Positions 26,454-35,986 of a DNA stretch of 64,000 nt are shown piece after piece. The DNA comes from a virus. A program made the translations under genes and the position numbers. Each line of letters begins with the position of its first letter. The stretch's first letter is position 1. Under the pieces are notes generated by a model. The model had not been told where the DNA came from. It saw nothing but the letters and a program-made list of their open reading frames with translations, and did not search any database. Location: positions 8,715 through 72,714 of the IMG/VR virus record IMGVR_UViG_3300036846_001209. The stretch is one strand, 5' to 3'.

Positions 26454-26914
26454 GGAAGATCCCGCCCGCCGACCAGATCGAGATCGTGCATGCCGAGGAC
26501 CCGCCGCCTTTGCCGCGGGGGCCGCTGCCGGACGAGACGCCGCTCAGCGAGCTCTACCTCACCGGCCGCCCGCGCAGCGTCCTGAAGGCCTATCGCCGGT
26601 TTGAACGTCAGGCGAGCGGCGCTATTGGCGACGATTGGGGCATGCCGGTGATCCTGGCGACGGTCGGCGATCTCAGGCGCGAGAGCGACTACTCGCTGCT
26701 GGCCCAGCAGAACTGCGGTCGCAAGTCCCTGAAGGAGCTCCGCGAGGCCTGCGGCGATGCGTTCCCGCACGACCGGAAACTCTATCCCCAGACGCTGACC
26801 GAGGCGCTCGGCAAGGACAAGGCCGAGATCGTCATCGCCATGCGGTCGGTGGCGGGCAACCTCTACCGGCTCGCCAACCTGATCGAGCAGGCCGGGCGGA
26901 GGGGGTCGCTATGA
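26450..26914 (+). CDS. RNA polymerase alpha-CTD-like protein
   Basis: TPLSELYLTGRPRSVLK...TVGDLRRESDYSLLAQQNCGRKSLKELRE parallels the alpha-CTD signature. Confidence 0.7.
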   Translation: MRKIPPADQIEIVHAEDPPPLPRGPLPDETPLSELYLTGRPRSVLKAYRRFERQASGAIGDDWGMPVILATVGDLRRESDYSLLAQQNCGRKSLKELREACGDAFPHDRKLYPQTLTEALGKDKAEIVIAMRSVAGNLYRLANLIEQAGRRGSL

Positions 26915-27023
26915 TCCTGATCGGCAAGAAGGACGGCTCGCGCTGGTATCTGTGCCCGTGGAGCGGGCGCTGCATCAAACTGCCCGGAGCGAGTGCGCCG
27001 GCCCAACCCCGAGGAGAGAAGTA

Positions 27024-27374
27024 GTGGCCGAGATCAAGACCGCCGAGGACGTCGTGAAAAGCCTCGACGCCCACCGCGACCGACAGCGTCGGGAGCAGAA
27101 GCAGCACGACGCCGCCTACGAGGCCGAGCGCGACCGGCTGGAGGCCTACGAGGACTTGCGCGACGAGGTGATGAGCCTCGTGAAGAACTCGCAGCTTAGC
27201 TACGAGGACATCCACGGTCGCTGCGGGCCGCATCCATCGACGCTGGCGAAGTGGGCCGAGCAGCAGACCAAGTTTCCACGGCTGGGCAAGTTGCAGTCGA
27301 CGGCGCGGATCTGCGGCTACGACATCGGCGTCATCGAAGGGCGCCGCGGCGTCTCCAAGGTGGCGGCCGAGTGA
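27024..27374 (+). CDS. XRE-type HTH protein
   Basis: LSYEDIHGRCGPHPSTLAKW...TKFPRLGKL; GTG start after GAGGAG. Confidence 0.65.
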   Translation: MAEIKTAEDVVKSLDAHRDRQRREQKQHDAAYEAERDRLEAYEDLRDEVMSLVKNSQLSYEDIHGRCGPHPSTLAKWAEQQTKFPRLGKLQSTARICGYDIGVIEGRRGVSKVAAE

Positions 27375-28356
27375 TGCTGCCGATGAAGCCAGCGACGATG
27401 GAAGCGGCCGCCGAGGCCTACCGCAAGCAGGCGCGCTTCAACTATGTCTGCCGGGCGATCGTCGCCGAGGAGATGCAGACCGCCCGCCGGGCGCTGCATG
27501 AGGCCGAGCGCGACCCCTACAACCTGTTCGAGATCGTCGACTATGTCGCCACCAGCATCGCCATCCGGGTGCTGCAGACGGTCTACGAGAACGACCGCGA
27601 GATCGCCGACTTGCATACCCAAATCGAGCGGCTGACCGCGATCGTCACCGAGGGCAGCTACCTCCTGCGGCCGCCGACGATCATCGTCCCGAAGCCATGA
27701 CCGAGCCGCCAACCCACCTCGCAATCTGCAGCCGCACCGGCGGACCGCTGACGTGGCGCTGCCTGGGCGAGCGGCGCGAGGGCGGTGTCTGGTCGGTGGT
27801 GTGCCCCAACTGCAGCCCGCTCGACTGGATCAAGAGGAGAGAACATGCCCAAGCCGAAGCCCTTCCCACCCCCGCTGCCCGAGGGCGTCGCCGAGATCAC
27901 CACCGTGTTCGAAGTGCGCGTGCGCGGCGACATGGACGGCGAGCGGCGGACGCGGTGGACGAATCACCTGCTGACGATGGTGAGCGAGGCGGGCCTTGAG
28001 GGCCTCGTCATCGGCTACCAAGAGGTGAACGGCGAGGAGATGCCATGAAGGCCGCCGAGCGCCGCCGCCGCCTCGAGGCGAAGATCGCCGAGGAGCACAC
28101 CACGCCGCGGTCGGCCTGGTACTGGATGTCGTTCGTGGATCCCGACCGCCCGGCGGGCGACCGCTTTCTGGGCGTCGCGATCGTGTGGGCCGACGGGCCA
28201 GTGACGGCGGTGTCGAAGACCCACGAGCTCGACATCAACCCAGGCGGCGAGGTCGCCATCGTGCGCCTGCCCGAGGCCCCGCCGCTTGGCTACACCGACC
28301 GGCTGCTCGACACCGCGGCCGCACGTATCGCTGGAGGCTATCCCCGTGCATCGTGA
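27374..28356 (+). other. small hypothetical ORFs (27374-27700, 27845-28048, 28045-28356)
   Basis: Coupled starts and RBSs. Confidence 0.55.
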
Positions 28357-29026
28357 ACTGAACGCGGCGATCCGCGACATCCCGCTGCCGCTCAACATGT
28401 TGAGCCTGCCGGTCGACGATCGCGGCTTCCCGGTGCCGTGGTTCGTCTCCTGGGTCGAGGGCAAGCCGGACTTTCGCATCGTGCAGACCGGCAAGCGCGG
28501 CCTCGCCTACAAGCAGGAGCGCTGCTGGATCTGCGGCGGCAAACTCGGCCGGCTGAAGGCCAGCGTCGTCGGCCCGATGTGCGTCGTGAACAAGGTGAGC
28601 TCGGAGCCGCCCTCGCATCCCGAGTGCGCGCGCTACGCGGCGAAGGCCTGCCCGTTCCTCTCGCGCCCGCGCATGCGCCGCAACGAGAAGGACTTGCCCG
28701 ACGCGCGCCAGAACCCTGGCGGCATCGCGCTCGACCGCAACCCCGGCGTCGCCGCCATCTGGTTCAGCCTGCGCATGTCGAAGCCCTTCGCGACCGGCGA
28801 CGGCGGCTACCTGTTCGACCTAGGCCCGGTGGACCGGGTCGAGTGGTACGCCGAGCGCCGCGCGGCGACCTTCGACGAGGTGGTGACCTCGATCGCCACC
28901 GGCCTGCCCGAGCTCAGCCGCCTGGCGCTGGCCGAGGGCCAGGAGGCGGTCGATGCGCTGGGCGAGGCGCTGGTCGCTGCGTCCAGGCTGATTCCACCCG
29001 ACCCGGCGATGGAGGGTGCCGCATGA
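28346..29026 (+). CDS. Cys/His-rich phage protein
   Basis: RGFPVPWFV, CWICG, GPMC, EPPSHPECA, CPFL. Confidence 0.7.
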   Translation: MHRELNAAIRDIPLPLNMLSLPVDDRGFPVPWFVSWVEGKPDFRIVQTGKRGLAYKQERCWICGGKLGRLKASVVGPMCVVNKVSSEPPSHPECARYAAKACPFLSRPRMRRNEKDLPDARQNPGGIALDRNPGVAAIWFSLRMSKPFATGDGGYLFDLGPVDRVEWYAERRAATFDEVVTSIATGLPELSRLALAEGQEAVDALGEALVAASRLIPPDPAMEGAA

Positions 29027-29253
29027 TCGCGCACGGCTGGGCAGTCGAAGAGCGCGGCGAGATCAGCGTCCGCACGGTGCAGGACACGCGGATCGGCGCG
29101 ATGGTGAACTGGCTGGTGGTCAGCGCCGGCATCAGCGTCATGCGCGGCGACTCCGACGAGACGATCAAGAACGCCTTCGATCACTACGCGGCGCTGGCCG
29201 AGGCCAAGCTGGTCAAGGTCACCATCCAAGAGGCCGACCATGACGCAAACTGA
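29023..29253 (+). CDS. hypothetical protein
   Basis: ATGA-coupled, GGAGGG RBS. Confidence 0.55.
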   Translation: MIAHGWAVEERGEISVRTVQDTRIGAMVNWLVVSAGISVMRGDSDETIKNAFDHYAALAEAKLVKVTIQEADHDAN

Positions 29254-29414
29254 AGGCGCGGCGCACCGCCTGCGAATCTTCGTCGAGACGCCGGGCGACT
29301 ACATCCAGCCGCTACTCGCGGCCTATAGTGACGGCAGCAACGCCTATGTGCAGGCGCAGGAGGCCTTCAAGGCGGACCTCCGCGCGCTGCTGCAGGCGCT
29401 AGAGGAGAAGCAAG

Positions 29415-30002
29415 ATGCAAACGGAACAGATCACCGTCGATCGTGAAGAGGCGCGCGAACTCTACCGGAAGTACCGGGAGCACCAGCACTACTCGACGCC
29501 CATCGACCTCGAGATCCAGCGCGTCTACAGCGCGCTCGGGAAGGGCAAGGTCGTCGTCCAGGCGATCGCCTCGATCGCCAAAGCCGGGCTGAACGAGGAC
29601 GGCCTGCCGAAGCTGGCGATCATCCGCGCCGCCGACGATGCGAATGAGCCGATCGAGACGTGCCACCTCTACATGCGCCACGACGGCGGCGCCCGGTTCG
29701 CGACGACGGCCTGGGCGAAGGATCGCAACTGGCGCACCTACGTCGACATGCCGGCCGGCAGCTTCCCTGAGTCCAAGCGCCGCAACCTGCACTTCGGCGC
29801 CCAGGTGCCGCTGGTGCCGATCCACCTGCGCCCCAAGCGCGGGCTGGCGAACTACCACATCCTTTTCGAGGCGATCTGGGCGCCCGTTCCGCCAAAAGAC
29901 CCCCTGCTTCTTCGGCGAATCGGCCGAAGCGATCTATGGGTCGTGTGCGCGGCCTGGGACCTGAGCGAAGTGGAACGTGCCGTTATGGCCGGTCGGCTCT
30001 GA
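29415..30002 (+). CDS. hypothetical phage protein
   Basis: 195 aa, AGAGGAG RBS; YHILFEA.W...DPLLL...AAWDL..E. Confidence 0.75.
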   Translation: MQTEQITVDREEARELYRKYREHQHYSTPIDLEIQRVYSALGKGKVVVQAIASIAKAGLNEDGLPKLAIIRAADDANEPIETCHLYMRHDGGARFATTAWAKDRNWRTYVDMPAGSFPESKRRNLHFGAQVPLVPIHLRPKRGLANYHILFEAIWAPVPPKDPLLLRRIGRSDLWVVCAAWDLSEVERAVMAGRL

Positions 30003-30490
30003 TGCCGACCTGTTCAGCCTGCGGCCTCAATAAGACCGAAGCTGAGATGGTCAAAGACGGCGGACGCCGTCACGCGAAGGGCTGGGTCGCTGGCGAGTGC
30101 AAGTCGTGCAAAAGCAGGCGACAGCGAGCGGTCTACGCACGCGATCCCCTGACCCACAAGAACCACGTGATGCGCTCGCGCTACGGCATCGACCTCGCCG
30201 AATACGAGCGTCTCCTGAAGGCGCAGAACGGCGTGTGCGCGATCTGTCGGCAACCTCCCAAACGGGGCGCGCTGCACATCGACCACGACCATGCGACGGG
30301 GCGGGTGCGAGGCCTTCTATGCGCAAGGTGCAACTCGGCGGTCGACTGGTCGATCCGCTATGCCGAGAAGGCGAAGGAGTACATGGCGCGCGTCCTGATC
30401 GTGACATCGGCTGTCAGGACACGACGACCGAACTCGAGTACTTGGGAGCGTCCTGATCGTCGGACTCAGATCCCCCAGCGCTCTTCGTAG
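30002..30490 (+). CDS. endonuclease VII-family (putative homing) endonuclease
   Basis: RYGI..EY..L...QNGVCAIC...[19 protein letters not shown]. Confidence 0.9.
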   Translation: MPTCSACGLNKTEAEMVKDGGRRHAKGWVAGECKSCKSRRQRAVYARDPLTHKNHVMRSRYGIDLAEYERLLKAQNGVCAICRQPPKRGALHIDHDHATGRVRGLLCARCNSAVDWSIRYAEKAKEYMARVLIVTSAVRTRRPNSSTWERPDRRTQIPQRSS

Positions 30491-30684
30491 AGCCGCTTGC
30501 GCTCGGCGTAGGCGGCGTTGAAGGTGAGGCCCAGCCGCTCGGCCGCCTCGCGTATCTCGGACATCGTCTTCGCGCCCATCAGCAGGGCGTCGCGTTCTAT
30601 GGGGGTCAACTGGCGTGGCCTCGGCGGCGGTGGCCGCGGCACGAGTGCAGCACGGAAACGGGCGATGCGATAGTCGTCCGGCAC
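30466..30684 (-). CDS. small HTH-like protein
   Basis: 72 aa, [16 protein letters not shown]; GAGGAGG RBS. Confidence 0.5.
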   Translation of the reverse strand: MPDDYRIARFRAALVPRPPPPRPRQLTPIERDALLMGAKTMSEIREAAERLGLTFNAAYAERKRLYEERWGI

Positions 30685-30703
30685 CCCCCGCCCCTCCTCG
30701 AGC

Positions 30704-30865
30704 TCAGCGCGCCGTCAGCGCGCCCCAGAAGAACACGATGGCGGCGGCCAGGAAGAAGCCGCGCGCGATGCGCTCCATGAACGGCGGCACCGGCTGCGGG
30801 AAGGTCGCCAGGAACCAGAAGATGAAGCCGAGCACGGTGAGGATGGCGAAGATGATGGTGGGCAT
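30704..30865 (-). CDS. 53 aa two-TM membrane protein (holin- or exclusion-like)
   Basis: MPTIIFAILTVLGFIFWFLATF...ARGFFLAAAIVFFWGALTAR; GGAGG RBS; absent from the ORF track. Confidence 0.7.
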   Translation of the reverse strand: MPTIIFAILTVLGFIFWFLATFPQPVPPFMERIARGFFLAAAIVFFWGALTAR

Positions 30866-30939
30866 GGCTGCCTCCGGGTGATGCTCCCGTCACGCAACTG
30901 GATTACAGAAGGGCGCACCATACTCCAGGGAGAGTCCAG

Positions 30940-31515
30940 ATGGCCGATGCCCCGTTCTATGCCCTCGTCACCCCGATCGATCCGGCGCGCAGCGACGCGC
31001 CTGGCAGGCCGGTAGACCCCGGTTTCGGGCAGAAGCCGCATCCGATCCCGCCGCACATCGGTGGCGGCCCGGTACACCGCCCGTCGACGCCGGGCCAGCC
31101 GGTCGATCCGAACTACGGCGCGGGCCATCCGCTGCCGCCGCACATCGGTGGCGCTCCGGTGGAACCGCCCCCGCATGTCGGCGGCGGCCCCGTGACCCCG
31201 CCCGGTTCGCCGACGCACCCGACCGCGCCGGACGGTGGCACGCCGATGCCGCCGGTCCACTACCCGCCCACCATCTGGCCGCCGGACGGCCCGCAGCCGA
31301 AGGACGGCGACCTCCTGCTGCTCGCCTGGATCCCGGGACACGGCCTCGCCTGGGTGGTGGTCGACACCGACCTGATGCCGTCGAACGAACTGCCCAAGCC
31401 GCCCGCGCATGTCGGTGGTGGGCCCGCCCAGCCGCCGAGTTCCACGAAGCCGCCTCCGACGCCGCCAGGCGCGCCGGCGCAGCCCGTCCAGCCGACGCCC
31501 GCGCCGAAGGCGTAG
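30940..31515 (+). CDS. proline-rich repeat protein
   Basis: Repeated PVDP and P(P/A)H(I/V)GG(G/A)P units. Confidence 0.75.
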   Translation: MADAPFYALVTPIDPARSDAPGRPVDPGFGQKPHPIPPHIGGGPVHRPSTPGQPVDPNYGAGHPLPPHIGGAPVEPPPHVGGGPVTPPGSPTHPTAPDGGTPMPPVHYPPTIWPPDGPQPKDGDLLLLAWIPGHGLAWVVVDTDLMPSNELPKPPAHVGGGPAQPPSSTKPPPTPPGAPAQPVQPTPAPKA

Positions 31516-31562
31516 AGCTTCTCCGCGCGCACCACCCCAGCCGGTGACCGCGCGAGGCAGGG

Positions 31563-31596
31563 AACCCCCGGTGGTCTTCACAGCGCCGGGGGTTTT
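31563..31596 (+). terminator. rho-independent terminator
   Basis: AACCCCCGGTG...CGCCGGGGGTTTT. Confidence 0.75.
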
Positions 31597-31646
31597 CGCG
31601 TGCAAGTTAAGCTTGATCGACCTGACGGATGCGCCCATATTGGTTG

Positions 31647-31778
31647 GCGCTCGGGGCTGGGACATCGACCCTCCCCTTCCTGAACATGCCCCCCAAACCC
31701 TGAAGAAGGGGACCCGGCCTCGAGCGTTGGCACCCCGCCGATGAAGCCCGTCGATAACCCCCTTTCGACGGGCTTTTT
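31647..31778 (+). ncRNA. candidate phage sRNA
   Basis: Promoter TTGATC-N17-CATATT (31613-31641), long G-U-containing stem, terminator hairpin 31744-31778. Confidence 0.6.
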
Positions 31779-31981
31779 CGTGTGTCTGCTTGATGGATGG
31801 GGAAACTGGGTCTGCCGCTTACGGCGGCGCCTATCCACCGCTTAAGCAAAAAAAAGGCGCTGATGCGTCACAAAAGCGGTTGTGGTTTGTCACGAAACGC
31901 TGATAGCGTCCTCAACGCCAAGCTTGACTTGGTGGGGGACTGACGCGGCCCTTTCCGCGTCCCAACAGGGACTACCCACAC

Positions 31982-32323
31982 ATGAAGCATCTCTTTGCGG
32001 CGGCTGCCGCCGTCGCCATGCTCGGCTTCGCCGGTATGGCCGCTGCGGCCACCGCCACCTCGGCGACCGCAGCGAGCGGCGTCGCCAGCGGCACCTTCTC
32101 GGTGGCGGCAGGCCCCGGCACCACGGTCGCGGCCTCGGCCGCCACGAACACCACGCACAGCACCTCTGCGGCGCTGAGCCTGCAACCGGTGTTCTCGACG
32201 ACCGCCGCCAACACGACCACGACCGGCTCGAGCGCGAACGCTTCGTCTTCGAACCAAGCCTCCATCGCTGGCGGCTTCTCGTTCCAGAGCGGCTTCGGCA
32301 CCGCAGCGGCGCTGGCCCACTAA
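31982..32323 (+). CDS. secreted Ala/Ser/Thr-rich protein
   Basis: Sec signal MKHLFAAAAAVAMLGFAGMAAA; mature part has no D, E, K or R. Confidence 0.75.
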   Translation: MKHLFAAAAAVAMLGFAGMAAAATATSATAASGVASGTFSVAAGPGTTVAASAATNTTHSTSAALSLQPVFSTTAANTTTTGSSANASSSNQASIAGGFSFQSGFGTAAALAH

Positions 32324-32385
32324 GTCGATCCGGCCTCAAACCCGCGATGGGAGCCCTCCTCTCGCGGGACCGGGCCGGACACGAA

Positions 32386-32422
32386 GGGAGGCGGCGGGGG
32401 CAACCCGCCGCCTCTTTCTTTC
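32386..32422 (+). terminator. rho-independent terminator
   Basis: GAGGCGGCGGG...CCCGCCGCCTC followed by TTTCTTT. Confidence 0.65.
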
Positions 32423-32444
32423 TCAACCCTGGTGGGGGACACCC

Positions 32445-33428
32445 ATGCAACGACTTCTCGCGACCACTGCGGTCGCGCTCACGATCTTCGGCGGCGCTGC
32501 CCAGGCGCAGCAGACCTCGACCTCCGACGCCGCATCGAACGCCCAGCAGGGCCAGCTTCAAGCCCAGACCCAGTCGCAAGGCGCGCAGACCAACTCCAAC
32601 GGCGCGAACACCAACGGCCCGCAGACCACGACGGTGGGTCCGCAGACCTCGACCAGCAACAGCGCCTCGGGCGCGGTCGCAGGCTCCAACTCGGCGGCGA
32701 ACAACGGCGGCCAGCAGACCACCGTCACCGCGGCCCCGGTGAGCTCGTCGGCGAACGACACCTCGCGCTCTGACTCCGAGTCCAACTCAGCTTCGCTCTC
32801 GCACTCGGTGGCGACCGGCGGCCAGGGCGGCTCGGCGACCTCGTCGGCGCAGGGCGGCTCCTCGACCTCCAACGGCGGCTCGTCCAACGCCGCCGCCAAC
32901 AACCAAGCCTCCAACGCGGGCAACGCCCAGCAGGTGACGCTGAACTCCACCGTGCCTGCGCACACCACGGCGGACGTCAAGACCGTCGCGCAGATCAACG
33001 CGCCCGCGCTGACCACCACGCTGACGGACACCTGCATGGGATCGTCCAGCATGTCGGGGACCGGCATGGGCTGGGGCATCTCGATCGGCTCGACCTGGGA
33101 GGACCGCAACTGCAACCGCCGCCTCTACGCCCGCGAGGTCGCCAGCCTGACCGGCGATCGCGAGGCGGCGCGAGCCGTCCTGTGCGGCGACGAGATGGTG
33201 CGGAAGGCGTTCGAAGAGGTGGGCCGCCCCTGCCCGACGCCGCAGGCGGCCCAAGGCCCGGCCTCGTTCGTGCCGCCGCCGCCGCCGCCGCCGCCGAACC
33301 AGTATCTCTACGCCGCGCCGCCCCCGCCCCCGCCGCCGCCGCCGCCGGAAGGCGCGCAGCAGTCGGCGCCTGGGACGATGCAGCCCATCCCCAACGACTA
33401 TGAAGGGCCAAAGGCGCCTCGGAACTAG
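32445..33428 (+). CDS. secreted S/N/Q/T-rich protein with four-Cys domain and poly-Pro tail
   Basis: Signal peptide ending AQA; DTCMGS...DRNC...VLC...RPC. Confidence 0.8.
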   Translation: MQRLLATTAVALTIFGGAAQAQQTSTSDAASNAQQGQLQAQTQSQGAQTNSNGANTNGPQTTTVGPQTSTSNSASGAVAGSNSAANNGGQQTTVTAAPVSSSANDTSRSDSESNSASLSHSVATGGQGGSATSSAQGGSSTSNGGSSNAAANNQASNAGNAQQVTLNSTVPAHTTADVKTVAQINAPALTTTLTDTCMGSSSMSGTGMGWGISIGSTWEDRNCNRRLYAREVASLTGDREAARAVLCGDEMVRKAFEEVGRPCPTPQAAQGPASFVPPPPPPPPNQYLYAAPPPPPPPPPPEGAQQSAPGTMQPIPNDYEGPKAPRN

Positions 33429-33555
33429 CTTCCCGCCCGTCGATCATCCGGTCCCCCCGATGATCGTCGCCCCAGCGCGGGCTCTGGCTGGCGCGCTCTT
33501 CCCCCTTGATCCTTCGGGGAAGGGCGCGTCGGTTACCGCCAGGGAGGAGATCCCG

Positions 33556-33831
33556 ATGACAGATCCTGTAATCGTTGCCGCCGCCGCGCTGATGCTGATC
33601 CCGTCGCTCGCGCCGGATGTCCGCGTGCCGCCGCTGCACGCCTTCACCGTGCCCGAGGCGGCGGCCGCCTACAGCGCGTTCTGCGAGCGCCCTTTCGAGG
33701 ACGAGCCGAACGCTCACCATGTGCGCCACCTGACTCCTGGGCCGTCCTCCCAGAACCACCTCACCGTCCGCTTGCGCCCGTCGCCAAGGCCGCTGCCGGT
33801 CTACGTCCGACACCATCACCACCACCGATGA
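33556..33831 (+). CDS. hypothetical protein
   Basis: [10 protein letters not shown], hydrophobic N-terminus, His-run C-terminus. Confidence 0.5.
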   Translation: MTDPVIVAAAALMLIPSLAPDVRVPPLHAFTVPEAAAAYSAFCERPFEDEPNAHHVRHLTPGPSSQNHLTVRLRPSPRPLPVYVRHHHHHR

Positions 33832-34549
33832 ACGAGGTCGACCGCGCGCTGCTCGCCGAGGTCGCGGGCGCCCTCGTAGCGTTCGCCATCTTCATCGCCG
33901 CCTACGGGATCGGCCGCTGGATGAAGCGCCGCCACTGGGCGCGGGTGGCGCGCGAGGACGCGGAGTCGGCGGCCAGCTACAAGGGCGCGGACGGACATGA
34001 GTGACCTGACCACGCTGGCGACGCTGAGCCGGGTGCTGGGCCGGGCGAAGCAGCGGTTCAGCGCGGAGATGCGCTGGGACCCGAGCGCGCTACGGGTGCT
34101 TGAGGTGATCCTCGAGGAACTCCACCGCGAGATCGACGGGCCGCCGCCGCCCGAGACGGACTAGACGATGGGCGTGGGCTCGCCTGGCTTGATCAGGCGC
34201 ATCTCGAGGACATAGCCGAGCGGTTCGGCCCTCCACCCGACGCCTAGCAGGCGGGACAGCCGGAACACCGAGATCCAGAAGAGCGCGCTCGGCAGCGAGT
34301 GGCCGACATAGGCGCGCGCGTTGGTGCCGCGCAGGTAGAGCTTCCAGCCCGCGTAGTCGCGGCGCCCGTAGATCCGTCGCCAGTGCGTCATGGTGAGCTC
34401 CAGGGGATTGGCCCCTCCCCGACGGGTCGAACGTCGATTCTCGGGACCAAGGCCCGATGTCCTACCGATTGGACGAGAGAGGGAAAGGGGTCGGTGGGAT
34501 GGCGTCTTGCGGCATCAGGGGGCCTGGGCCACCCCACCTCCCCGTCGGC

Positions 34550-34894
34550 CTATTCGGCCTTCGGCTCTTCGTGGGCCTCTTCGGCCTCTTCCTCGGCCTG
34601 CGGCTCTTCGCGCAGCGCCTGGGCCTGGTCCTCGGACATCGGCTCGGCGACCACCTCTGGCGCGTCGGGTTTCACTTCTTCGTCGGGCATCTCAGTTCTC
34701 CTATCCGCCCAGTGCGGACGACGGGAGCGTAGCAGTAGTAGTGACGAAGTCGAGGGGTCGCCTGCGCGGATGAACTGGATCATGCGGACGAGCCAGCCGT
34801 TGGCCGAGATCTCGTCTGCGGCAGCGCACCGCTCGACATATTCCCAGAGCTCGGGCTTGAGGCGGACGGTCTTCACGATGGTGCTGCGTGGCAT
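34550..34894 (-). CDS. ribbon-helix-helix (Arc-like) regulator, in frame with a short acidic ORF (second start at 34690)
   Basis: KTVRLKPELWEYVERCAAADEISANGWLVRMI; AGGAG before 34690. Confidence 0.6.
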   Translation of the reverse strand: MPRSTIVKTVRLKPELWEYVERCAAADEISANGWLVRMIQFIRAGDPSTSSLLLLRSRRPHWADRRTEMPDEEVKPDAPEVVAEPMSEDQAQALREEPQAEEEAEEAHEEPKAE

Positions 34895-34970
34895 GGCCGT
34901 TGCGGTGTCACCGCCAAGATGTTAAGCCGGTAATACCGCACAACGCGGTGAACTCTCAATAGGAGACGCT

Positions 34971-35363
34971 ATGTCCGAGAGCAGCAACGTCCGGCAGCTG
35001 ATGTCGACAGCGAGCCATCCGATCCCGATGACCGTCACCGAGCTCCTCGCCAACACCGGCAAGCCGCGGCAGTCGAACCGGGCGGCGGTGAAGTACCACA
35101 CGCTGCAGATCTACGAGCGCGATCTGCCGCTGCTGATCGCCACCGACCACGAGGAAGCGGTCGAGGGTTCGATCCGCAGCGACGAAGAGGCGTTCGCCCG
35201 GCGGGTGCGCGAGAACGCCGCGAAGGTGGGCGACACCCAGGTCAGCGAGATGAAGGTCTTCACCATCATCAAGTATGTCCGCGACATCATGGACAAGGAT
35301 CTGAAGATCGGGCGCAAGCAGCGCAAGCGCGGGACCTACGAGTCCCTGCCGGTCATCGAGTAG
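34971..35363 (+). CDS. hypothetical protein
   Basis: 130 aa, AGGAG RBS, divergent from the RHH gene. Confidence 0.75.
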   Translation: MSESSNVRQLMSTASHPIPMTVTELLANTGKPRQSNRAAVKYHTLQIYERDLPLLIATDHEEAVEGSIRSDEEAFARRVRENAAKVGDTQVSEMKVFTIIKYVRDIMDKDLKIGRKQRKRGTYESLPVIE

Positions 35364-35425
35364 GTGCGGGGAGGGAGGGAAGGGCTCTTGGCGCCCGCCC
35401 TCCTTCGCCTTTTCAGGATTCCGAC

Positions 35426-35986
35426 ATGACCACGAAACCCCGCGCCCGCCGACCGCGCCGCACTCGCGACGAGGCCGAGCGCTATGCCGCCCACCTCGTC
35501 CTCGATCTGGGCAAGACCCACAAGCAGGCGATGGCGCGCGCTGGGCTCGACTCCGAGCAGACCGTCAAGACCTCGGTCGCCCGCGAGGAAGGCAGGCGCG
35601 AGATCCTCGCCCTGCAGCAGCTTTCCCTCACCAAGCAGCAGGCCGCCCTGCTGGCGCGCGAGCGCCTCTTCTTCAACCAACTCGTCGTCGACGAAGTCTC
35701 GCGCCGCATCGGCGATATCTGGCTGCCTTCCGAGAAGCAGCGCATCGCCGAGATGGAAGACGCGCTCGCGAACCAATCGAAGGCGCCGCTCACCAACGCC
35801 GAGTACCGGACGCTCCTCGCCGCGCTACACCCCGATTCCAGCGTCGAGCGCCGCACCGAAGCGTTCCACATCGTCACGGATAAGGCGCTGCGCCTGCGCG
35901 GCCTCGACCAAGCCGCGCCGCGCGTCTTGAGCGCACTGCCCACCACCGTCGAGGAACTCCTCGCTCGCAGCCGCAGGCGCGCCTAG
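35426..35986 (+). CDS. hypothetical protein, J-domain-like C-terminus
   Basis: EYRTLLAALHPD...AF motif. Confidence 0.6.
   Translation: MTTKPRARRPRRTRDEAERYAAHLVLDLGKTHKQAMARAGLDSEQTVKTSVAREEGRREILALQQLSLTKQQAALLARERLFFNQLVVDEVSRRIGDIWLPSEKQRIAEMEDALANQSKAPLTNAEYRTLLAALHPDSSVERRTEAFHIVTDKALRLRGLDQAAPRVLSALPTTVEELLARSRRRA

Noticed and set aside
33270-33350. CCG tracts
   Set aside because: Encode in-frame poly-Pro; no frameshift potential.
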